From: Candidatus Eiseniibacteriota bacterium
GTDB lineage: Bacteria > Eisenbacteria > RBG-16-71-46 > DASYSL01
Direction: 5' to 3'
Assembly (NCBI GenBank): GCA_031431875.1
Contig: JANPEF010000024.1
Span: 1 to 64,000 of the forward strand
DNA: 64,000 nucleotides
Shown: positions 38,142-47,743 of the stretch, piece after piece
Numbering within the stretch: the first letter of the stretch is position 1
How the letters are laid out: each line of letters opens with the position of its first letter
Notes under the pieces: model-generated
Databases searched by the model: none
The model's input: the letters and a program-made list of their open reading frames with translations, nothing else
Told to the model about the DNA's origin: nothing
Program-made: the position numbers and the translations under genes

Positions 38142-40232
38142 ATGTACGGCCGGCGTACGTGGCGGGCGGCCTTCGTCTGTTTGACGTTGGCCGCCGCCGG
38201 TCCGTGCCCGGTGCTGGCGGCCGACGCGGTGTCCCGACTCTCGCGAACCGGGCCCGAGTCGGTTCGCCTGCTCGACGTGCCGTACGTACCACAAACCGGG
38301 GCGCTCTGTGGAGGCGCCGCGGTCTCCATGGTCCTGCGCTACTGGGGCGACACTGCCGTGGTGGCGGAGGACTTTTCTTCGTTGCTCGAACCCGGCGGCG
38401 CCGGCATCCGGACCGCAGCCCTCGTTGCCGCCGTGCGATCGCGCGGCTGGCAAGCCTTCCCGGTGACGGGAACGCCGGCCGCGATCCAGTCCCACCTCGC
38501 CGCCGGTCGCCCTGTCCTCGCGCTGATCGCCGAGGGCGATGCCTTCCATTACGTGGTGCTCCTCGCATGGGCGAACGGCGGCGTGATCCTGCACGATCCC
38601 GCCGTCGCGCCGTTTCGAACCCGGAGCGAGGCATCCTTCGACGCGGGCTGGGCCGCGAGCGGACGCTGGGCGCTCGTCGTGCTTCCTGCCGCCGCGCCGG
38701 ATCCTGCGAGCCCGTCGCCGACGCCCGCTCCGACTCTCGCCCGCGCGAGCCCGCGCGCCGACTCCACCGAGTGCGACTCGCTCGTGGTCGACGCCGTCCG
38801 GCTTGCGCGCAACGGAAATTCCGCCGAGGCCGAGCAGGTCCTCCTCGTCGCCGAGGCGCGCTGTCCCGACTCGGCCGCGCCGCTCCGCGGTCGGGCGGGC
38901 CTGCGATTCGCGGCCGAGGACTGGGCCGGCGCCGCCTCTCTCGCCGAGCGGGCGCTGGCACTCGATCGCGACGATCCCTACACCTGGCGGCTCCTCGCGG
39001 GCAGCCGCTTCCTGCTCGACGACGACGTGGGTGCGTTGCGCGCGTGGAACGAGATCGCCGAGCCGCGCGCCGATCTCGCGCGGGTCGACGGCCTCGAGCG
39101 CATCCGCTACCGCACCGTCGCCGCCCAGCTCGACCTGCCCACCGGCTCGCTCCTGACCGCAGGCTCGTTCGTTCGCGCTCGTCGGCGCCTCGACGCGATT
39201 CCCGCGCAGTCGCAGGGGAAGCTCCGCCTGCGCCCGTTGCCGGCGGGAAGCGCCGGGGTCGACGCGGTGCTGCTCGAGCGACCGCTGCTGTTCTCCGGCC
39301 CGCTCGATGCTCTTGCCACGGGATTGCGCGGGCTGGTCGATCGCGAGGCCGTGCTGCGTCTCGCCGGTTCGCTGGGACACGGGGAGCTGTGGACCGCGGG
39401 CTATCGCTGGCCGCGGGAGCGGCCGCGCGCCTCGCTCGTCCTGGCGATTCCGTCGCCGGGCGATCGCCCCGGGATCTGGCGCGTGGAGGGCTCGTGGGAG
39501 CGCCAGGCGTACGCGACCAACGCGCTGGTCGGCCTCGACGGTGCGGTGACCCCCGTGCTGTTGCGCGAGGAACGCCGTCGCAGCGCACTATCCTGGGCTG
39601 ACTGGATCGCCGCGGACCTCCACCTCGAACTCGGCGCCGCGATGGATCGCTGGGACGATCGCGGAGCGCATCTCTCGCTCGCGGGCGGAATCGACGCGCG
39701 CTTCGCCGACGATCGCGGAGCGCTCACGGCCCAGCTTGCGCAGTGGACGAGTCTCGATCACGGTCCGCCGTTTCGCAGCGGGGGAGCCGAGTTGCGCTGG
39801 CACACGCGGCGGATCGAAAACGGGGGATGGCGCGCGCGACTCGGCGCGGCGACGGCGACGGAGGATGCGCCGCTGTCGCTGTGGTCCGGCGCGGGGACCG
39901 GCCAGGGGCGCTCACCGCTCCTGCGCGCCCATCCGTTGCTCGACCACGGCGTGGTGACCGGCCGCACGTTCGGACGCAGCCTGGTCTTCTCAGGCATCGA
40001 GCGGCAGGGGTGGGTATGGAGCGCGCATGCGATGCGCGTGGGCTGGAGCGTGTTCGTCGACGGGGCCCGGGCCTGGGATCCGTTGGACGCGGAGCCGGAG
40101 CCACTGCAGGTGGATGCGGGGGCCAGCCTCCGCCTCGCAGCCCCCGGAACGGGCGGCGAGTTCCAGATCGCTCTGGCACACGGACTGGAGGACGGACGCA
40201 CGGCGCTGTCGATCGCCTGGGGCGCGTTGTGA
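38142..40232 (+). CDS. Secreted C39-like cysteine peptidase with TPR and probable C-terminal beta-barrel region
   Basis: LDVPYVPQ..LCGGAAVSMV (Cys), HYVVL (His), LHDP (Asp); TPR-like helix pair; alternating beta-strand pattern ending IAWGAL. Confidence 0.75.
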   Translation: MYGRRTWRAAFVCLTLAAAGPCPVLAADAVSRLSRTGPESVRLLDVPYVPQTGALCGGAAVSMVLRYWGDTAVVAEDFSSLLEPGGAGIRTAALVAAVRSRGWQAFPVTGTPAAIQSHLAAGRPVLALIAEGDAFHYVVLLAWANGGVILHDPAVAPFRTRSEASFDAGWAASGRWALVVLPAAAPDPASPSPTPAPTLARASPRADSTECDSLVVDAVRLARNGNSAEAEQVLLVAEARCPDSAAPLRGRAGLRFAAEDWAGAASLAERALALDRDDPYTWRLLAGSRFLLDDDVGALRAWNEIAEPRADLARVDGLERIRYRTVAAQLDLPTGSLLTAGSFVRARRRLDAIPAQSQGKLRLRPLPAGSAGVDAVLLERPLLFSGPLDALATGLRGLVDREAVLRLAGSLGHGELWTAGYRWPRERPRASLVLAIPSPGDRPGIWRVEGSWERQAYATNALVGLDGAVTPVLLREERRRSALSWADWIAADLHLELGAAMDRWDDRGAHLSLAGGIDARFADDRGALTAQLAQWTSLDHGPPFRSGGAELRWHTRRIENGGWRARLGAATATEDAPLSLWSGAGTGQGRSPLLRAHPLLDHGVVTGRTFGRSLVFSGIERQGWVWSAHAMRVGWSVFVDGARAWDPLDAEPEPLQVDAGASLRLAAPGTGGEFQIALAHGLEDGRTALSIAWGAL

Positions 40233-40290
40233 GACGGAAACGACACAACCGCGAAGAGTTGCACGACCGTACACGGATGGAGGTGAACCG

Positions 40291-41499
40291 ATGAGTCTCA
40301 GAGGCCTGGCTCCAAGTCTGCTGTTTCTGGTCGTTGCGGTTTCGCTGTTCCAGTATCGCAACTCGCAGGCGGTGCCCGCGTTCGCCCGGCGTGAGGGGGC
40401 TCAGTGCCAGATGTGTCACTATCGATTGCCCGAGCTCAACGAGGATGGGCATGCCTACATCCGTCGGGGGCTGCGCGAGGAACGGGGTGCAATGGCGGCG
40501 CACGGGAGCATGGACATGGGAGAGGGGGCGGGGGCGAAGCAGCCCGTCGCCGCCACCGTCCGGCCGCTGGGGGAGCCCCTTCCCCTCGCCTGGCAGGACT
40601 ACATGACGCTGATGGGACACCACACGTACGAAGCGCGCGACGGTGAGAAGGCCGGCTTCCATCCGGGCGAAATCGCCGCGTGGATCGCCGGCCCGCTCGA
40701 TGCGCACTGGTCTGGCGTCGCGGAACTCGAGTTCGACATCGAAGCCGGTGGCGTCGCGGTGGAGCAAGCGTACGCGCAGTACAACACCTCGTGGAGCCCG
40801 CGCTTCGCGTCCGTGCGCTTCGGCCAGGTCATGCCCCTGGCGATCCTGTTCAACGGCGGGGGCGCCGAAATGCCCCTCACGCGGCCCGTGGTGCTGCGGA
40901 CCGCTTCGCGGGCCGAGAATCCCTGGACCGCGACGAAGCGCCTGCGCGGGGTCGAGCTCGGGTACGTCAACCTGGGGAGTTGGAATGCGTACGTGGGAGT
41001 GGGCGAGCCCCAGCTCGACGACCTCGCCGGGGGGAACCACACCGACGTCTATGCCAGCGCGGAATACGTGATCGGCGATAAGGGGCACGCCGTCAGCGGA
41101 TACGGCTACATGGGGAAGATCGCCGCCTCACCCGGGCAACCATCGGTCGACTACGAACGACTCGCCTTGTTCGCCAACGTGTATGCGCCGCGGACCAAGG
41201 CCGTGCTCGGAGTTCTCTGGGGATCGGACAAGCCGGACGGGCAATCGTCCCTCGACACCGCCGGTGGATTCCTCCTCGCGGAGGTCCTGCTGGCGGAACG
41301 ATGGGCGGGTTACGCCCGCTACGACTACGCGCGCCGCGATGTCCCGGTCGGGGATGCCGAAATCACGGACGGGCCGACTCTTGGCGTGTCCTGCTGGGTG
41401 CAGACCCAGGTGCGACTCACGCTTGAATCGCGGTTCTTGCAGTCGACGGGGCAGTCCCGCGACGACGGCGTGATCGCCGAACTCATGTGGGCCTTCTGA
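40291..41499 (+). CDS. Heme c motif-containing outer-membrane beta-barrel protein (cytochrome-porin type)
   Basis: GGAGG RBS; signal peptide; VPAFARREGAQCQMCH; amphipathic strands, C-terminal MWAF. Confidence 0.75.
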   Translation: MSLRGLAPSLLFLVVAVSLFQYRNSQAVPAFARREGAQCQMCHYRLPELNEDGHAYIRRGLREERGAMAAHGSMDMGEGAGAKQPVAATVRPLGEPLPLAWQDYMTLMGHHTYEARDGEKAGFHPGEIAAWIAGPLDAHWSGVAELEFDIEAGGVAVEQAYAQYNTSWSPRFASVRFGQVMPLAILFNGGGAEMPLTRPVVLRTASRAENPWTATKRLRGVELGYVNLGSWNAYVGVGEPQLDDLAGGNHTDVYASAEYVIGDKGHAVSGYGYMGKIAASPGQPSVDYERLALFANVYAPRTKAVLGVLWGSDKPDGQSSLDTAGGFLLAEVLLAERWAGYARYDYARRDVPVGDAEITDGPTLGVSCWVQTQVRLTLESRFLQSTGQSRDDGVIAELMWAF

Positions 41500-41517
41500 G
41501 CCACGGGAGGAGGATGC

Positions 41518-41637
41518 ATGAATGACTGGGGAAACATGGGTGGCTACGGGCACGGCGGATGGATGGTCGGATGGTGGGTCCTCGGCCTGGCGATGCTGAT
41601 CGTGCTGGTCTGGGCTCTCGCGCGACGCCGTTTCTGA
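41518..41637 (+). CDS. 39-aa Met/Gly/Trp-rich single-TM peptide MNDWGNMGGYGHGGWMVGWWVLGLAMLIVLVWALARRRF
   Basis: GGAGGAGG RBS; TM followed by RRR; below ORF-track cutoff. Confidence 0.65.
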   Translation: MNDWGNMGGYGHGGWMVGWWVLGLAMLIVLVWALARRRF

Positions 41638-41655
41638 TCTGGAATCCGGCATTGA

Positions 41656-43236
41656 TCAGGCGGGCGCGGACGCCGTTTCCGGCGTCGCGCCCGGGATCGG
41701 TGCATGAGTCTGCGGCTGATCCTTGAGATACGCGTGTGGGTCGTGGGACAGCGCCCCGGCGGGCAGGTGTTCCCACAGCGAGCCCAGGTCCTTCTTCACC
41801 CGCTCGACGTAGAACGGCGGGAGCTCGTCGGTCTCCTGCTCGAAGTAGCGACGGAAGCCGCGATCCTCGTCGAGCAGCCGGCGGATCTCGCGGTAGTAGC
41901 GCATTCGCCCGAAGCCCTCCGACGAGACCGCGCGCACGACGTTCATCAGTCGCGGCAGCCCGCCGCGCCCCGCCTTGAAGCGCTTGAGGATCGCATCCCA
42001 CGAGAACGTGTGGCTGGTGACGGCGATCACGCCGTCGTAGAACTCGGGCCAGCTGTAGTTGGCCGGGCGCACGTTCATCGCGTGGTGGTTGTTGAGGAAG
42101 TGGAACGGGAAACCCAGGACGCGCCCGGCCTTCTGGTACTCCAGGTTGAGCGGCGCGGCCTGCCCGAACGCCGACAGCAACGAATATCCGGGGAACGTGC
42201 CGGGCGTGCGGTCGACAAATTCGCGGGTCAGCTCGAACGGTGTCGTGCCGTGATCCGAGTCGAGTCCCATGACGAAGTTCGTCTGCACGTACGGGATGTG
42301 GCGCTGCACCATGTTCACGTGTTCCGAGACCTGGCGCACCTTGTCCTGGCCGACGTTGCTGCCGGTCTTCGACTTGTTGCCGAGGTCGAACCATGACTCG
42401 ATGCCCGGCAGCATCGCCAGGAAGGAGTTCTTCTGCAGCCGCTTCAGGTGCGGCTCGGACAGCAGTGACAGGCTGCTCTCGGCCATGAAGTCGATGCTGC
42501 CCACGGGCACGGCTTCCTCGATCGCGTTCATGTAGTCGTCGAAGCGGACGCCGAAGTTGGGATCGTGCCAGGCCACGATCGGCCGCTTGAACTTGGTGCG
42601 CAGGAACTTGAGGTCGTCCTTCAACTGCCCGAAGTCGAGCGGCTGGTAGGGCACCGTCGAGTCGATGCAGAACGCGCAGGTGTAGGGGCAGCCCAGGCTG
42701 CCCAGCATCGGCACCATCTTGAACAGCGGCGCGCCCTGCAGGATCTTGTCGATGAACTTCCAGCGCTGCTGGACGCCCGGCAGCTCCCGCGGCTGACCGG
42801 CCGCCGTGATGTACTGGCCGAGCGGCCGCGAGGGCTGAGGGTCGTCGAGCACGCGCTGGACGATCGCCTTGTCGGTGAAGCCGAGCACGTAGTCGAAGTA
42901 CTTGCGCGAATCCTGCGGGTAGCAGCGCGCGTGCGGCCCGCCGAGGACCGTGACCACACCGCGCTGGCGGAAGACGTTGCTGACCGCGTAGGCGAGCTGG
43001 GCGGACTGGGTGAACGCGCCGATGAACACCACGTCGACATCCTTCGGCAGGACGCTCGTCAGGTCCTCGAACCCGGTGTAACAGACGAGCTCGACCTCGT
43101 GGCCCAGCTCCTCGGCCCAGACGCCGAGCACCTGCGGCATGATGCTGGCCAGGTTCGCATGCATGACACGCGCATAGAGGGCGCGCGTCTGCCCGCGCGA
43201 GACGACGTCGATGATGCCGATACGGAGTTTGCGCAT
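41656..43236 (-). CDS. B12-binding-like domain radical SAM protein
   Basis: VTVLGGPHA, GCPYTCAFC, HDPNFG, PGIESW, NFVMGLD. Confidence 0.9.
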   Translation of the reverse strand: MRKLRIGIIDVVSRGQTRALYARVMHANLASIMPQVLGVWAEELGHEVELVCYTGFEDLTSVLPKDVDVVFIGAFTQSAQLAYAVSNVFRQRGVVTVLGGPHARCYPQDSRKYFDYVLGFTDKAIVQRVLDDPQPSRPLGQYITAAGQPRELPGVQQRWKFIDKILQGAPLFKMVPMLGSLGCPYTCAFCIDSTVPYQPLDFGQLKDDLKFLRTKFKRPIVAWHDPNFGVRFDDYMNAIEEAVPVGSIDFMAESSLSLLSEPHLKRLQKNSFLAMLPGIESWFDLGNKSKTGSNVGQDKVRQVSEHVNMVQRHIPYVQTNFVMGLDSDHGTTPFELTREFVDRTPGTFPGYSLLSAFGQAAPLNLEYQKAGRVLGFPFHFLNNHHAMNVRPANYSWPEFYDGVIAVTSHTFSWDAILKRFKAGRGGLPRLMNVVRAVSSEGFGRMRYYREIRRLLDEDRGFRRYFEQETDELPPFYVERVKKDLGSLWEHLPAGALSHDPHAYLKDQPQTHAPIPGATPETASAPA

Positions 43237-43426
43237 GAGGTACCTGCGGGACCCGGTGGGAAGGGGCCGAATCGATCGAGCAGGCATGCCCCGAAGGTCC
43301 GGAGTGGACGCCCGGCGATCCTACGCCTCCGGAGGCGGTGCGGGGAATCCGTTCGCGGCGCTTCCCGCAGCTGGCATAGGATGCCCGGGCCCGGCAGACC
43401 CCAGTCGACCCGATCCGGAGATCCCG

Positions 43427-46165
43427 ATGGCCGTCCGTTCCCGCGCCTCCCTCGCCGCCGTGTTCGCGCTGTCCCTTCTCGTCTCCTCTGGCCGGGCGGA
43501 TGCGGCCGTCCCGCAGGGTGGGACGAGCGTCGCGCTTCCCGATATGGGTGCCTTCGCGCCCGTCGCCGCGCAGCTCGCCGATCGCGAGGCGCGACTCGCC
43601 CGCACGACGAAGGCGGGGGCCGAGCGCGTCGGCCTGCTGCTCGCAACCGGTCGAGTCGACGAGGCCGCGCGGGAGGCGGCGAAGCTGCGCGGCGGGGACG
43701 CGAAGACGCGGCTCGCGCAGGCGCGCGCGGCGCTCGCCGTGCAGGACTTCGCGACCGCAGGCCCGCTGGTCACAGGGCTCGGTGACGTGCCCGACCCGGC
43801 GTTCCGCAGCGTGCAATACCAGTGGGAGTTCGCGCGGGACAACACCGCCGCCATCGACACGCTCACGCGCCGGCGCCTCGTCGCCGACGCGACCGCCGCG
43901 GACTGGCTCGCCGCGGGCAAGCTCGCCTTTGCCCTGCTCGACAACGCGCGCGCCGACTCGATGTTCTCCGGCGCGCTCGACATGGTGAGCGCCTCCGAGG
44001 AGGCGGCACGCTGGCAGTCGGCCGCACACGTCGGACGGGCGCTCGTCCTGCAGAAGCGGCAGAAGTGGGACGAGTCGCTCGCCGAGGTGAAGCTCGCGCT
44101 CGCACGGTACGTCACGCCCGACGCGCTCGAGGCGCTGTCGAACACGCTCGTCCGGCTGGGCCGCACGGGCGAGGCGATCTCGGCCGCCGAATGGGGCGTA
44201 CGGCTGAACCCGTACCACGACCCGTCGCACTACACGCTCGGGAACGGCTACGCGCGGAAGAACTACACCCAGCTCTTCGCCGCGTACCCCGCGTCGTTCG
44301 CGAGCGGCGACGGCGCGCGCGACCTCGCCGCCGCCGACGCCGCGTTCGCCGCCGGACGACGGGCCGAAGCGCGGGCCGGCTACGCGGGCCTGGTCGCCGC
44401 GCACCCGGCGTGGGTCGATGCGCGCGTGCGCCTCGCGTCGATGGACTGGGAGGAGGGCCGCTTCGCCGAATCCCGCGACGGCTGCTTCGCCGCCCTCGGG
44501 GCGTGCCCGGAGTACGGTCGGGCGCACGGCGTGCTCGCGAAGGCGCTGCAGTCGCAGCGATTCGCCGTCGACGTGCACCGTGCCGACTACGAACGCCGGT
44601 TCGACGCGATGTCGCTGCCCGACGTGCCGGGGATCGAACGCTTCGTCGTCAACTGGAAGGCGCTGACCCCGCGGCACCAGAAGCGTGTCGCCGTGTCGGT
44701 CGCCCCGTGGAAGGAGTTCGTGCCGGTGCTCATCGAGGGTGGCGCCACGTACTTCATCAAGCCGCTGTCGATGCTCCTGGGCGAGTGTCCGAACCTCGAG
44801 ACGCTGCGCGACCAGCGCATCGACTACGACTCGCGCCTGTGGGACGACGTCCGCGGCTGCGGCGGGTACCACACGGTGACCGGCATCGAGGACGTCGAGA
44901 GCACGATCTTCAACCGCTACGACACCGTGATCCACGAGCTGACCCACCAGGTCCACGGCATCCTTCCGGCCGACGACTCCCGCGACATCCAGGAGCTGTA
45001 CCGGAAGGCGAAGCAGCGCGACGACGTGACCCACGACAGCTTCCTGTCGCGCTACGCGGGGGGAAGCGTGTACGAGTACTTCGCCGAGGGCGCCAATGCG
45101 CTCGTCTCCCCGAAGCGCGACGCCTACGACCCGCGCGAGGTCGTCCGCGAGCGGCTCACGACGATGGATCCGGATCTCGAGGCCCGGGTGAAGGCGTACT
45201 TCGCGCGCACCGACGTGCGCGGCTCGTATCCCGTCGCGTACGCCGCCGGCGGCGACGATCGTGTGTACCGCGGAAAGGTCGACGCGGCGCTGCCGTTCTA
45301 CGAGAAGGCGCTCGCCGTCGCGCCCTCCGAGGAGACGGCGCTCGTGTCGTACGCGAACGCCCTCGTGCTCGGCAATCGCGCGGCGGCCGCCGAGACGATC
45401 GCCACGCGTGCCATCGCGGCGCATCCGACAAGCGGACCCGCGCGCCTGGCGCTCGCCGCCGCGCGCTGGCATGCCACCGGGGATGCGGCCCGGGCACGCC
45501 GGGAGTTGGCCGCCGCCCGTGCGCAGGTGACCGCGGCGGACCGCTACCAGGTCGATGCGGCGCTCGGCGGATTCGATTGGATGCGTGGCGACGCGCCCGC
45601 GGCGCTCGCCGCCTACGACTCGGTGATCGCCTACCAGTCGGACAATCCCGACGGCCTGCGTGGTCGCGCCACCGCGCTGGCGCTGGCCGGCCGGCACGAC
45701 GAGGCGTTCGCGCTCTACGACACGGCGGTCCGCGAGCGCACGGGCGTGGTCGAGTTGCGCAACGACTTCGCGCGCGATCTGCTGCTGGCCGGCCGCGGTG
45801 CGGACGCCGTGCGGCAGCTCGACGAGGCGCGCCTGATCGACGAGGAGAATCCCACTGCCGAGGCGCTTCGAGCTTGGGTCGCGCTCGAGTCGGGCAATGC
45901 CGCCGGCGCGCGCGAGCACGTCGCGCAGGCCCTGGCGTGGGGCCCGTGGTGCGACCTCGCGCTCATCATCGAGGGCAGCCTCTTGCTGCGGGCGGGGGAT
46001 CGTGCGGCCGCCGAGCGCGCGTGGGCCCCGGTGCGGGCGCGGATCGCGGCCGGATCGCCGCCGGAGTATGTTTATCGCCCGAAGATCGCGACGTGGGAAG
46101 AGGTGCACACGTTGCCGGCGGTCGAGCGGCGCCTGCTGGAGCGATTCGGAGGCGGGACACCGTAG
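43427..46165 (+). CDS. Secreted TPR protein with central zinc metallopeptidase domain
   Basis: GGAG RBS; signal peptide ADA; TPRs flanking WDDVRGCGG..HELTH..YAGGSVYEYFAE. Confidence 0.85.
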   Translation: MAVRSRASLAAVFALSLLVSSGRADAAVPQGGTSVALPDMGAFAPVAAQLADREARLARTTKAGAERVGLLLATGRVDEAAREAAKLRGGDAKTRLAQARAALAVQDFATAGPLVTGLGDVPDPAFRSVQYQWEFARDNTAAIDTLTRRRLVADATAADWLAAGKLAFALLDNARADSMFSGALDMVSASEEAARWQSAAHVGRALVLQKRQKWDESLAEVKLALARYVTPDALEALSNTLVRLGRTGEAISAAEWGVRLNPYHDPSHYTLGNGYARKNYTQLFAAYPASFASGDGARDLAAADAAFAAGRRAEARAGYAGLVAAHPAWVDARVRLASMDWEEGRFAESRDGCFAALGACPEYGRAHGVLAKALQSQRFAVDVHRADYERRFDAMSLPDVPGIERFVVNWKALTPRHQKRVAVSVAPWKEFVPVLIEGGATYFIKPLSMLLGECPNLETLRDQRIDYDSRLWDDVRGCGGYHTVTGIEDVESTIFNRYDTVIHELTHQVHGILPADDSRDIQELYRKAKQRDDVTHDSFLSRYAGGSVYEYFAEGANALVSPKRDAYDPREVVRERLTTMDPDLEARVKAYFARTDVRGSYPVAYAAGGDDRVYRGKVDAALPFYEKALAVAPSEETALVSYANALVLGNRAAAAETIATRAIAAHPTSGPARLALAAARWHATGDAARARRELAAARAQVTAADRYQVDAALGGFDWMRGDAPAALAAYDSVIAYQSDNPDGLRGRATALALAGRHDEAFALYDTAVRERTGVVELRNDFARDLLLAGRGADAVRQLDEARLIDEENPTAEALRAWVALESGNAAGAREHVAQALAWGPWCDLALIIEGSLLLRAGDRAAAERAWAPVRARIAAGSPPEYVYRPKIATWEEVHTLPAVERRLLERFGGGTP

Positions 46166-46177
46166 CTTCGACCGGAC

Positions 46178-46206
46178 TTGCCATCCCGCGCAAAGCGCCC
46201 TAGCAT
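46178..46206 (+). promoter_or_regulatory. Sigma70-type promoter, near-leaderless uORF
   Basis: TTGCCA-N17-TAGCAT, 7 bp before ATG 46214. Confidence 0.7.
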
Positions 46207-46213
46207 CCCTTCC

Positions 46214-46486
46214 ATGAAGTCGCCGCGCTGGTTGAACTGGGTCGCGAGTGCCCTGCTGCTCGTCACGATCTTCTTGACGGGGGCACACGCGCACCATGAC
46301 GAGGGCGGCGAGGATCGCCACTGCGTCACCTGCACCCTGGCGCACGCCCCGGCGATCACCGCGGACCGGGCGCCCACGCTCTTACCGCCCGCGCCAACGC
46401 GCCACTGCATCACCGAGCCTGCGCTGCTCGCGGTCGCCGCGCCGCTGTGCGCCATCCCCGCCTCGCGAGCCCCGCCCGTCGGCTGA
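46214..46486 (+). CDS. DUF2946/CruR-like uORF (TM, HAHH, HCxxC, C-terminal RAPP)
   Basis: N-terminal hydrophobic segment, AHAHHD, HCVTC, Pro-rich linker, SRAPPVG-stop. Confidence 0.8.
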   Translation: MKSPRWLNWVASALLLVTIFLTGAHAHHDEGGEDRHCVTCTLAHAPAITADRAPTLLPPAPTRHCITEPALLAVAAPLCAIPASRAPPVG

Positions 46487-46615
46487 TCGCCTCACCCCAC
46501 ACGACAATCCAGCTCTGACGTCCGGAGGGAGTCCCGCCTTCGCCGGCGACGCATTGCATGCGCGCCGACGAACGCGTGACGTCCCGCGTGTCCGCGCATT
46601 CGTGGGAGGTCGATC

Positions 46616-47734
46616 ATGCTCCGTGCATTCCGCGCGACGGTGCTGCTGCTCGCGTCGTCCGCGCTCCTTCTCTTCCTCGCGCCCGCAGCCCGGGCGGGGG
46701 CGGTGAATCCCGACATCTCGGTCATCGGCCAGCCGTTCCTGCGCTGGACCGACGACCCCGCCGACGTCTCGCGCAAGCGCATGACGCTCGCGCCCGGCGA
46801 GGTGGAGTTCGTGTTCGACGCCGCCCTCAACCCGTACGCCCGAGGGATGGTGATCGGCGCGCTGGGCGACGAGGGGCTGGAACTCGAGGAAGGCTACTTC
46901 ACGCTCGTCCGCGGCCTGCCCGCGGGCCTTCAATTGAAGGGCGGCAAGTACCGCGTGGGCTTCGGCAAGATGAACGTCATGCATCCGCACGCGATCCCGT
47001 TCGCCGAGCGACCGCGCGTGCTCGCGAGCTACCTGCCCGGCGACGAGTCTTTCAACGAGGTCGGGTTGTCATTGTCGGGTCGCGTTCCCCTGCCGGGTAC
47101 GTTCTCTCTGACCGCGGCGGGGGACTGGCTGCAGGGGGACACCTTCCGGAGTGATGCCGACCCGCTCGACGAGCGCGCCGAAGAGTCGCGTCCGGCGTTC
47201 AACGCGCACCTGAGTGGCTTTGGAATGCTCGGCGAGCGCTCGGGCTATGAACTCTCCCTCTCGGGCGCGGGTGGCACGAACAACGTTTCCGCCTCGACCG
47301 AGACGCGGATCTACGACGCCGCAGCGAAACTCAAGTTGTGGACCGCGGCAAACTCCTACCTGCTGATCCAGGGCGAGTTCCTCAAGCTCGACCGTGAGGA
47401 CGCGACCTGGGACTCGACCGCGGCCGGCTACGTCGTGACGCGCGTCCGGCCAACCGGCGGCTACGTCTATGCCGACTACAACTTCAGCCGCCGCTTCGAC
47501 GCGGGTCTTTCCTACGAGCGCTACGGGCAGCCGGCCGATCCCTCGGTCGACGACCAGGCCGTCGGCGCGTTCGTCGGTTACTCGCTCATGGAGGAGACGA
47601 CCTCCTTCCGCCTCGACTGGAACCACTTCCTGCCGGGCACTCCGTCCGGTGACCCCTTGGATCCGCCCGCCGTGAACACGCTCAGGCTGCGCGTCGTCTT
47701 CTCGATGGGCCCGCACAAGGCCCACCAGTTCTAG
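46616..47734 (+). CDS. Outer-membrane beta-barrel protein of metal-uptake operon
   Basis: Signal peptide; NPDISVIG, LEEGY, FGKMNVMHPH, C-terminal GPHKAHQF. Confidence 0.8.
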   Translation: MLRAFRATVLLLASSALLLFLAPAARAGAVNPDISVIGQPFLRWTDDPADVSRKRMTLAPGEVEFVFDAALNPYARGMVIGALGDEGLELEEGYFTLVRGLPAGLQLKGGKYRVGFGKMNVMHPHAIPFAERPRVLASYLPGDESFNEVGLSLSGRVPLPGTFSLTAAGDWLQGDTFRSDADPLDERAEESRPAFNAHLSGFGMLGERSGYELSLSGAGGTNNVSASTETRIYDAAAKLKLWTAANSYLLIQGEFLKLDREDATWDSTAAGYVVTRVRPTGGYVYADYNFSRRFDAGLSYERYGQPADPSVDDQAVGAFVGYSLMEETTSFRLDWNHFLPGTPSGDPLDPPAVNTLRLRVVFSMGPHKAHQF

Positions 47735-47743
47735 GGAGCCCGA

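Noticed and set aside
43372..43387. TGGCAT (also TGGCAC at 11255) as sigma54 promoters
   Set aside because: No GC at the required GG-N10-GC spacing
41656..46486. Radical SAM, peptidase and small Cys peptide as a RiPP cluster
   Set aside because: No SPASM or RRE features seen; the small ORF is better explained as a RAPP uORF of the downstream operon
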